A DNA stretch of 32,000 nt from Candidatus Poseidoniaceae archaeon (lineage in GTDB: Archaea > Thermoplasmatota > Poseidoniia > Poseidoniales > Poseidoniaceae), in the NCBI GenBank assembly GCA_943789275.1, contig CALSTM010000002.1, positions 510,001-542,000 of the forward strand. Direction: 5' to 3'. The notes below the pieces were generated by a model. The model had not been told where the DNA came from. It saw nothing but the letters and a program-made list of their open reading frames with translations, and ran no database searches. The translations under genes were made by a program, and so were the position numbers. The number at the start of each line of letters is the position of its first letter. The stretch's first letter is position 1. Shown piece after piece: positions 25,664 through 32,000 of the stretch.

Positions 25664-26344
25664 TCACTCAGCACTTGAAGGAAGAGATGTACCGAGAATC
25701 AACAAGTTGAGTGCTGCTGCTATTGCATCGGATTCCTCTCTCGTTTGAGAACGAATATCGGTCACGCAATTGCTGAGTTCAGTATCTGTTCTCGATTCAG
25801 GTTCATCTGGATTGTACACCAGTATACTTGTGACTTGACTCACGGATATTTCGGTACTTCCATCTTCGTCAGTGCTTTCTGAGATGCGTTCGTGGCTAAT
25901 AATTTTGACAACATCTGAGAGAGGAATATGCTTGTAGGCCTCTGGAATTCCTTTCTCACTTTTCTCATGACGTAATTCAAGATGAGTTTCATGGATGAAA
26001 AGCCATTTATCGCCACGGAAATGTCGACTAAGCAAAAAGAGACCAACCCCGCAAAAGGCGAGCGGCACCACGATCATAAAAATCAAAATAGAGCCCTCCA
26101 TAGGTTCTTGAGATGCTATGAAGAAAGGTACAAGAATTCCAATTGCAATGGAAATGATTCCTCCAAAGAGCGGCGGTGCTCTTTCAGCAACCATGCCGAC
26201 TGAATCATCCAACATAGTCATACGAGGGTTCGCATAAGTAGAACGTTCCAAGGTTGTGAAACGTTCTCTTAAAGTTCCGATGTCTCTCTTATCTGCTGCA
26301 TCCCAGACGCTATCGCCATTCATAAAGAGAAAATCTACCGACAT
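25664..26344 (-). CDS. Hypothetical membrane protein (two central TM helices, acidic C-terminal domain)
   Basis: 226-aa ORF with a TM pair (PLFGGIISIAIGILVPFFIA / ILIFMIVVPLAFCGVGLFLL). AT-richer than its surroundings. No motif recognised. Confidence 0.55.
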   Translation of the reverse strand: MSVDFLFMNGDSVWDAADKRDIGTLRERFTTLERSTYANPRMTMLDDSVGMVAERAPPLFGGIISIAIGILVPFFIASQEPMEGSILIFMIVVPLAFCGVGLFLLSRHFRGDKWLFIHETHLELRHEKSEKGIPEAYKHIPLSDVVKIISHERISESTDEDGSTEISVSQVTSILVYNPDEPESRTDTELSNCVTDIRSQTREESDAIAAALNLLILGTSLPSSAE

Positions 26345-26615
26345 GCGTTATGAAGATGATGCCGTTAATAAATGAAGACAACGTACTCATGGTCCTCTAA
26401 CATCTTCAGAATCTGTTATCTTTAAGCAAAAGCAGTTCCCCTGATGGAAGGTTTTCCTTTATTGAGCAAATCCCAATTTGTGCATCAACCTCTTTCGCTT
26501 TATGCTTAGTCGATGTATTCAATCGACTTCTGCGAATCGTTCAAGCTCGATGGTTGGAATGGAACTTTGATGTGTTGGCATTGAAGCAGTAAGAGGATTT
26601 TGATTCGCTCCAACT

Positions 26616-27233
26616 CTACGATTCGTTCCAAGTGGTTTCGAAAATTACGGGTTCGTGGCCCTCTACCCATTGTTTGAATTTCTTCATACAGGTCGTGAAT
26701 GCCTCACTGTTCAAATTGTTTGAGAGCCATGAATGGACATTGCTCCAGGACTGAACATCAAACCATTCTCGGTCGTGATTTGCAAATTGACGAACAAAAG
26801 GAAACAATGCATCACTCAGTGGTTCACTGATGGCAGGAGCCTCGCCGAGACGTGTGTCCAAATCCGAGAGGTAAGACGAGGCTGCAGTTCGTTGTTCGAG
26901 TTCATCCACATTCTCGTACCGATTCGGATATTTGTACCGGTCTAAATGGAATTTGAACTCCTCATCGTTGCGTGAAATCCAATGCTGCTCCTCATCAGAA
27001 AGCGTCCAATCAAGTACATGCTGCATAATTTCAAGGCTCTCCTCAATGACCGTACCGTTCCCCAGAAGGAGTATTGGAACCGTGCCCTTAGGCGATATCT
27101 CCATCATGTGAGCCGGCCTATCTCTCAATACAACCTCACGAAGTTCAACCGGGAATTCCTTTCGAACGATGGACATGCGAGCACGCATGGCGTAGGGGCA
27201 TCTTCGGAACGAATACAAAAGAGGATATGCCAT
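26616..27233 (-). CDS. Glutathione S-transferase-like protein (thioredoxin-fold N-domain with CPY site)
   Basis: LYSFRRCPYAMRARMSI ... RDRPAHMMEISPKGTVPILL...VIEESLEIM matches GST N-terminal domain patterns. GGAGG (27241-27245, minus strand) lies 7 nt before ATG 27233, so the track's start at 27281 is rejected. Confidence 0.7.
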   Translation of the reverse strand: MAYPLLYSFRRCPYAMRARMSIVRKEFPVELREVVLRDRPAHMMEISPKGTVPILLLGNGTVIEESLEIMQHVLDWTLSDEEQHWISRNDEEFKFHLDRYKYPNRYENVDELEQRTAASSYLSDLDTRLGEAPAISEPLSDALFPFVRQFANHDREWFDVQSWSNVHSWLSNNLNSEAFTTCMKKFKQWVEGHEPVIFETTWNES

Positions 27234-27249
27234 CCTGTGGCCTCCTTCA

Positions 27250-28314
27250 TCACTCAGGTGGAATCGGTGGAGCGTAACCACCGTTCACGGCTTCTTGGAC
27301 AAGACTCATGTCCGAATCGACCATCATTTGGACCAATTCCTCAAACGAGGTTCCTGGAACCCAACCGAGTTCTTTCTCTGCAAGAGCAGGATCTCCAATC
27401 AGTAAATCGACTTCTGCTGGCCGGAAGAACTTGGGGTTGGTGCGAACCCGGACGTTATCGTTTTGATCGGTTGCGATGGTGTCAACACCTTCGCCGGACC
27501 AAACAAGGTTCATGCCGACGTGAGAGAAAGCAAGCGTAATCATATCACGAACACTGTGTGTTCGACCGGTTGCAACGACATAATCGCCTGGGGTATCTTG
27601 TTGCAGCATTCTCCATTGCATCTCGACGTAGTCTCCTGCGAATCCCCAATCGCGCTTTGCATCGACGTTTCCAATCCACAAGCACTCATCAAATCCTTGA
27701 GAGATTCGAGCAGCCGTCATCGTCACCTTACGTGTAACAAATTCAAGTCCACGTCGAGGGCTTTCGTGGTTGAAAAGAATGCCAGTACAAGCAAACATAT
27801 CATAGGATTCTCGGTAATTACGTGTGATTTCGAAGGCAAATACTTTGGCACAACCGTAAGGTGAGCGAGGGTGGAATGGAGTCGCTTCAGTTTGAGGAAC
27901 ATCTCGAACTTTACCGTATTGTTCGGATGAACCTGCTTGGTAGAAACGACACTCGGGGGCATGCTTGCGAATTGCTTCAAGGCATCGCAAAGCACCGAGG
28001 CCAGTAATGTCTGCAGTCATCATTGGAGAGCGCCATGATTCAGGAACAAAGGACATTGCTCCGAGATTGTAAAACTCATCAGGCTGAGCTCGAGAAACAG
28101 CGTTGTCAATGGAATTTTGATCGGCGAGGTCACCGTTGAGAAGGTGGAAGTTCTCGTTCTCCATCAAGTGGTTGATGAGGCTACGGCCGGAGGTTGGTTG
28201 GGAAACTCTTCGAACCAAACCGTATACTGAGTATCCCTTTTCGAGAAGTAATTCAGCAAGATAGGAACCGTCCTGACCTGTAACGCCGGTAATCATCGCT
28301 GTCTTGCCGTTCAT
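27250..28314 (-). CDS. gmd: GDP-mannose 4,6-dehydratase
   Basis: AMITGVTGQDGSYLAELLLEKGYSVYGLVRR, the YxxxK context SPYGCAKVFA, and GILFNHESPRRG. These are the classic Gmd short-chain dehydrogenase motifs. Confidence 0.92.
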   Translation of the reverse strand: MNGKTAMITGVTGQDGSYLAELLLEKGYSVYGLVRRVSQPTSGRSLINHLMENENFHLLNGDLADQNSIDNAVSRAQPDEFYNLGAMSFVPESWRSPMMTADITGLGALRCLEAIRKHAPECRFYQAGSSEQYGKVRDVPQTEATPFHPRSPYGCAKVFAFEITRNYRESYDMFACTGILFNHESPRRGLEFVTRKVTMTAARISQGFDECLWIGNVDAKRDWGFAGDYVEMQWRMLQQDTPGDYVVATGRTHSVRDMITLAFSHVGMNLVWSGEGVDTIATDQNDNVRVRTNPKFFRPAEVDLLIGDPALAEKELGWVPGTSFEELVQMMVDSDMSLVQEAVNGGYAPPIPPE

Positions 28315-28510
28315 GTAACTCCGTTAGCGCCTCCCTTTTTCAATCGTCGCGTAGGATTGTGTGTGTAATAGAGAACATGCCTTGAGAGATATAGGTGTTT
28401 TTGAAGGGGAGTGGATGGTTCAGAACATCATGCCAACGAAGGATGATGAGGAAGACTTCCATCTCGATGTGCAAATTGGTGCATTGCAACGCATGTTCTC
28501 AGCATGAGAG

Positions 28511-28539
28511 TATATATCCAGTAGAATACTTGATTCTAC
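28511..28539 (+). promoter_or_regulatory. TATA box plus perfect 7-bp inverted repeat (candidate operator) abutting the E1-like start codon
   Basis: TATATAT at 28511-28517. GTAGAAT-ACTTG-ATTCTAC at 28521-28539 ends 1 nt before ATG 28540. The spacing implies a leaderless transcript that starts within or at the edge of the palindrome. Confidence 0.45.
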
Positions 28540-29193
28540 ATGGATGAAGACTTGCCGCAAAAATCGCTGTTAATAATTGGTGCCGGAGGCATCGGAACAA
28601 CCGTTGTTGACCTACTGGTTCCCGCACTTGAACGAATACAACTCGGTGCCAAAATCACTCTGATGGATGGCGATACCGTTGAAGCCTCAAACCTCGGTCA
28701 TCAAAATTACAGTACTGCGGATATCGGAAAAAAGAAAGTCGATGCTCTTGCGGATAAATGGTCCAAAGCTCATGGCTTACAAGTGCGCTCTGTTGCAGAA
28801 AACCTGAGGGATTTTGAACAACTTGAGGGATATGATTTGGTCGTGGTTTGCGTTGATAGGCCGGAACCTCGAAGATTGGTTCATTCCCTTGATGTGCCTT
28901 GGATTGACTTGAGATGCTCCGGTGATGGCTGGATGGTATTCACTTCTGATTCCGATTCAAACTTAGTGGCTCAGATGACACCCGACCACGAACCGATGAG
29001 TTGCCAAGTGGAGGGAGCGCTCGACGCAGGAAACCTCGAATTTGGATTTTCCATCGCTGGGACGTTCGGCGCCCAGTGGATTCTGCAACAGCTGAGAGGA
29101 AGACGTGCGCCGTTGCAATCGATTGGAAGCCTGACGTATGGGAGTTTCGAATTCCCGAAGGTCAGCAGTCCATCAATGGAGGTGAAGGCGTGA
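28540..29193 (+). CDS. Minimal ThiF/MoeB/E1-like adenylyltransferase-fold protein (217 aa)
   Basis: Rossmann LLIIGAGGIGT. E1 adenylation motif MDGDTVEASNLGHQ...IGKKKVDAL, with His in place of the usual Arg of SNLxRQ. VVVCVDRPEPRR (D...R motif), and C-terminal CQVEGALD...GTFGAQWILQQL. No CxxC pairs and no rhodanese domain. Confidence 0.8.
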   Translation: MDEDLPQKSLLIIGAGGIGTTVVDLLVPALERIQLGAKITLMDGDTVEASNLGHQNYSTADIGKKKVDALADKWSKAHGLQVRSVAENLRDFEQLEGYDLVVVCVDRPEPRRLVHSLDVPWIDLRCSGDGWMVFTSDSDSNLVAQMTPDHEPMSCQVEGALDAGNLEFGFSIAGTFGAQWILQQLRGRRAPLQSIGSLTYGSFEFPKVSSPSMEVKA

Positions 29194-29741
29194 TTTTCAT
29201 TCCTGGACTTGAACAACTCAATGTCGATGAAGAGATGTGGTCGCATGTGACTGAAATGGCTCAACAACGCCAGATTGATGACGAAGTCCTGCTCGATGTG
29301 CAACAGCGTGCAGCACAGAACGGCCGATGGGATGTTGTCTATGCAATATCCGTTCTCGCAGGTCTTGAGACATCGGTGCTTATCGACGCTGAGAACGTTA
29401 TATCAATCGATTGGGGCACTTCTGGATTCGTCCAACTTTCACCCCCCGTTGGGTGTGTCGCACCGTTCAAACTCTGGGTACACACCCACCCTGGATTTAG
29501 CGCATACTGGTCTGGTACAGACACTCGAAGCCTTTCCATTGGAGTAGGTATCGTTGAGAAAGCAATGGTTCTCGGTTCACCAGGAGTCAAGTGTGCTCAC
29601 AACGCTACCATGCTTCCGTTGACTGAAGACACCTTGCGAATTGCAGCCAACGGCCCGTTGAGCGACTGGTCAGATGAAGAAATTATTCCATGGGCCGATT
29701 GGTATGAAAGCAACCTCAACACCGAAGAGGTGAGCGCATGA
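29190..29741 (+). CDS. JAMM/MPN (JAB) domain protein (183 aa)
   Basis: HTHPGFSAYWSGTD is a full HxHx7Sx2D motif. GTG 29190 overlaps the upstream stop (GTGA) and follows GGAGGTGA (29178-29185). The track's ATG 29001 would overlap the E1-like gene by 190 nt in another frame. An alternative ATG lies at 29235. Confidence 0.75.
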   Translation: MIFIPGLEQLNVDEEMWSHVTEMAQQRQIDDEVLLDVQQRAAQNGRWDVVYAISVLAGLETSVLIDAENVISIDWGTSGFVQLSPPVGCVAPFKLWVHTHPGFSAYWSGTDTRSLSIGVGIVEKAMVLGSPGVKCAHNATMLPLTEDTLRIAANGPLSDWSDEEIIPWADWYESNLNTEEVSA

Positions 29742-29977
29742 GCGGTATCCGAAAACCAAAGGACGACGCTGAGAAAATCAAAGCTCGTATGGCGATTGCT
29801 CAAGGAAAAGGGACTTCATTGGAAGATTTCATCGAAAACATCACCGGTGAAAAGCCCGAAGAAGAATTCGTTCAAGCCATCAAAAACCGGATTGAACTTG
29901 CTCACGAGCAGGAAGAAACTCTGGACATCGTGGCGCTCATCAAACAAATGGAGGAGCTGCAAAACCAATGGGCTTAA
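29738..29977 (+). CDS. 79-aa K/E-rich helical protein, unknown function, translationally coupled to the JAMM gene
   Basis: ATGA start/stop overlap at 29738-29741, with GAGGTGA (29727-29733) 4 nt upstream. The sequence MSGIRKPKDDAEKIKARMAIAQGKG...EELQNQWA has no GG terminus and no recognisable motif. Confidence 0.55.
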   Translation: MSGIRKPKDDAEKIKARMAIAQGKGTSLEDFIENITGEKPEEEFVQAIKNRIELAHEQEETLDIVALIKQMEELQNQWA

Positions 29978-32000
29978 TCACACGTTTGAGTACGACGGTT
30001 TTCGACCTTCGATGAGTGCAGACAAACCTTCGAGCGAATCAGCAGTTGAGAAAATATCAGTCAACTGGTCGAGTTCCATCTGCAATCCAGCAGACAATTC
30101 GGTAGCCGAAGTAGCGTCAATCAAATCACTGGCCATCTTCAAGGCAATTGGTGCGGTTCGAGAGAGAGATTTCAATTGACGTGAAACGATCTTATCCTCG
30201 GAGTCAAAACCTTCTGGACATGCTCCGTTCATGATGGATGCCATGTTCTCATCGCTGTAAAACGAGGCAGCAAAAGCGGCTGCTGGACTGGAAGGATTCG
30301 TAGGTGCACCGGGGTATTTGTTGTCCGGTTTACCGGCCGAGGCTAATTCTGCAACGCAGGAATCAACCGAAGCCACATCAACCAAGTGGGTGAGAAGACC
30401 AAGGTCGTATCCAGTTTGTGCATCCATGAAATTACCAGCGAGAACAGACCAGCGTGCAGCGGGAATGCCGCAAATTCGAGCAGGCCGTTGTGTACCGCCC
30501 AATCCAGGGTAAATGCCGATGGAGGTCTCTGGGAAACGGAACTGTGTACGTCGGGTGCCGATTCGATAGTCGCAAGCAAGAGCCAATTCCAAACCACCGC
30601 CAAGAGCAAGACCTGTCGTCAAAGCTACAGTAGTCTTCTCTGATGATTCCAATTTGTTGAGCATGGTGTGACCATCAGCGGTAAACGTGACAATGTCCGG
30701 AATTGATTCCGCTCTGATTTTATCAACGAAAAACTTGACATCTGCACCTGCAACAAACGCTTTGCCAGCTCCGTCGAGCACAATGGTGTGAACTTCTGCA
30801 TCTGCATTGACCAGGTCAAGAGCATCGTTCAGTTGTCCAACGACCGTTTCATTGAGCGCATTCATGGCTTCGGGTCGATTGATGGTGAGCGTAGCCACTC
30901 CAGATTCGATGCTTACATCGACGTACGAGAAGTTCCATCCTTGATTCGCTTGCGCTTGCTTGGAAAAGTATTCAGGAACGGTCCATGAACGCTCAGGGTC
31001 GCTTTCAGCACTCAAATCAGCGTAGGCTTGTGCCATACGATGTGCTTCTTGAATCCCAACACGGTTCATCATTTCGAAAGGTCCTCGCGCCCAGCGTAGT
31101 CCAACTTTCGCCCCGCGGTCCACATCTTCCATCGAACAAACGCCTTCTTCGACAATTTGTGCTGCCACGCCAAAGACGACGCCGTAGAGTCGCTCTGCGA
31201 CTGCAGCGTACTGTTCAGGAGTGTATGCTTGATCGCCAGATACATCCCAGTGCTCATTCGCTTCAATGAGGTTCCGTAGGTTTTGAGCACCGGTGTAGCG
31301 AGGGGTGTGGAGTTGCTCAGCAAGATAATCTGTAGAATGCAGAGCAATCGGTGGGCCTGTGAGGTTCATGAGGCCAAACGGCCCTAGGCCTATCCGGAAC
31401 GCCTTGCATGCTGCAGCATCAATTTGTGCGGCAGTGGCAACGCCTTCTTCGAGCAATAAACATGCTTCATTGAGCCACGGAACAAAGAATCGATTGACTA
31501 CAAATCCCGGTCGGTCTCCACAAACAATGACGACTTTACCCAGCATCTTACAGTATTGAACGACCTTTTCAACGGTTTCAGCGCTTGATGCCTGAGCTGG
31601 AATCACTTCTACCAATCGGTTCTTTGCCGGGTGATAAAAGAAGTGCAATCCAACGAATCGGTCCGCTCGACCCGTTGCTTCAGCAAGGGCATTCACGGAA
31701 AGCGAAGACGTGTTGGAGGCAAGGATTGTTTCAGGACCGCAAGCGGAGTCCAATGTGTTGAAGACTGCAGTTTTGATGTCAAAGTCTTCGAACACTGCCT
31801 CGATAACGAGGTCGGTGTTTGCGGCTGTGTTTTCTACGCCAACAACTCCCGTAATTCGACCTTGGATCGCCTCGACTTGAGCCGGCGAAAAAATGCGCCG
31901 TTCTACAGCCTCAGAGAGGAAATCACGAATGATGCCTTGCCCGCGGTCGACCCACTGTTGCTCTCTGTCAACCATCTGGACGTCGAATTCTTCCTGAGCC
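29978..32000 (-). CDS. Fused 3-hydroxyacyl-CoA dehydrogenase / enoyl-CoA hydratase (FadB-like, HCDH-to-ECH order), N-terminus beyond the right edge
   Basis: HCDH region (DLVIEAVFEDFDIKTAVF, ASNTSSLS, GLHFFYHPAKNRLVEVI). A crotonase region follows (VATLTINRPEAMNALN...GAGKAFVAGADVKFF...GGGLELALACD). The frame stays open upstream of the track's ATG 31975 to position 32000 (...AQEEFDVQMVDRE). Confidence 0.88.
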   Translation of the reverse strand, partial: AQEEFDVQMVDREQQWVDRGQGIIRDFLSEAVERRIFSPAQVEAIQGRITGVVGVENTAANTDLVIEAVFEDFDIKTAVFNTLDSACGPETILASNTSSLSVNALAEATGRADRFVGLHFFYHPAKNRLVEVIPAQASSAETVEKVVQYCKMLGKVVIVCGDRPGFVVNRFFVPWLNEACLLLEEGVATAAQIDAAACKAFRIGLGPFGLMNLTGPPIALHSTDYLAEQLHTPRYTGAQNLRNLIEANEHWDVSGDQAYTPEQYAAVAERLYGVVFGVAAQIVEEGVCSMEDVDRGAKVGLRWARGPFEMMNRVGIQEAHRMAQAYADLSAESDPERSWTVPEYFSKQAQANQGWNFSYVDVSIESGVATLTINRPEAMNALNETVVGQLNDALDLVNADAEVHTIVLDGAGKAFVAGADVKFFVDKIRAESIPDIVTFTADGHTMLNKLESSEKTTVALTTGLALGGGLELALACDYRIGTRRTQFRFPETSIGIYPGLGGTQRPARICGIPAARWSVLAGNFMDAQTGYDLGLLTHLVDVASVDSCVAELASAGKPDNKYPGAPTNPSSPAAAFAASFYSDENMASIMNGACPEGFDSEDKIVSRQLKSLSRTAPIALKMASDLIDATSATELSAGLQMELDQLTDIFSTADSLEGLSALIEGRKPSYSNV

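Noticed and set aside
27463-27864. 133-aa plus-strand ORF inside gmd, and the similar antisense ORFs 17922-18371 (TetR), 10737-11141 and 8692-9207
   Set aside because: They are antisense to genes with strong family motifs. No independent support.
28415-28507. Small plus-strand ORF upstream of the E1-like gene (30 aa from ATG 28415; 48 aa if started at an upstream in-frame GTG), considered as the missing ubiquitin-like partner
   Set aside because: It is too short for a beta-grasp fold and has no GG or G-terminal motif (it ends ...LQRMFSA). It has no ribosome-binding site, and the operon's TATA box lies downstream of it.
29001-29189. 5' extension of the JAMM ORF (track start ATG 29001), which would give a 246-aa protein overlapping the E1-like gene by about 190 nt
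   Set aside because: The extension lies in an alternative frame of the well-supported E1-like coding region and translates to an Arg/Trp-rich sequence with no features. GTG 29190 has a perfect GGAGGTGA box and a GTGA stop/start overlap.
1-32000. Search for tRNA, rRNA, CRISPR arrays, transposases, integrases and terminal inverted repeats
   Set aside because: None of the non-coding spacers contains tRNA-like T-arm/acceptor patterns or regularly spaced direct repeats. No ORF shows DDE, tyrosine or serine recombinase motifs. This was visual inspection only, so short or degenerate elements could have been missed.

Overview
Gene-dense 32-kb window (roughly 90% coding) with about 33 protein-coding genes on both strands. 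By eye I found no rRNA, tRNA, CRISPR array, transposase or integrase. The host is probably a marine archaeon, plausibly Thermoplasmatota/Poseidoniales-like; this is inference only, as there is no marker RNA. The grounds are: TYW1 and TYW2 wyosine-pathway enzymes, an AbrB-PhoU regulator, TATA-like boxes about 25-35 nt upstream of several start codons (leaderless mRNAs) mixed with GGAGG-type Shine-Dalgarno sites inside operons, an acidic proteome, and many exported or anchored proteins. Recognisable housekeeping genes: TYW2-like methyltransferase-fold enzyme, anchored cyclophilin, S15/CocE-type peptidase, gpmA, PitA fused to a DUF47/PhoU-like domain with a divergent AbrB-PhoU regulator, TYW1/Taw1, DUF1295, GST-like protein, gmd, and an edge-truncated HCDH-ECH (FadB-like) enzyme. 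Four loci stand out. (1) A self-contained, leaderless, translationally coupled operon at 28540-29977 encodes a minimal ThiF/E1-like protein, a JAMM/MPN protein and a 79-aa helical protein, with no ubiquitin-like or E2 gene in cis and a perfect palindrome over the predicted transcription start. (2) A minus-strand cluster at 12180-19878 contains two paralogous micro-ORFs absent from the ORF track, a frameshifted AlkB-like di-iron hydroxylase, TetR, and a MacB/FtsX-type ABC system. The 1207-aa permease of that system carries a pentapeptide-repeat domain, and its second ATPase ends in a zinc ribbon. (3) A second, atypically long JAMM protein is divergently paired with a hyper-acidic protein that ends in a WW-like Trp motif. 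(4) A large secreted protein (1-2223, minus strand) is missing from the ORF track because it runs off the window edge. All functional calls rest on motif recognition by eye; no database search was run.
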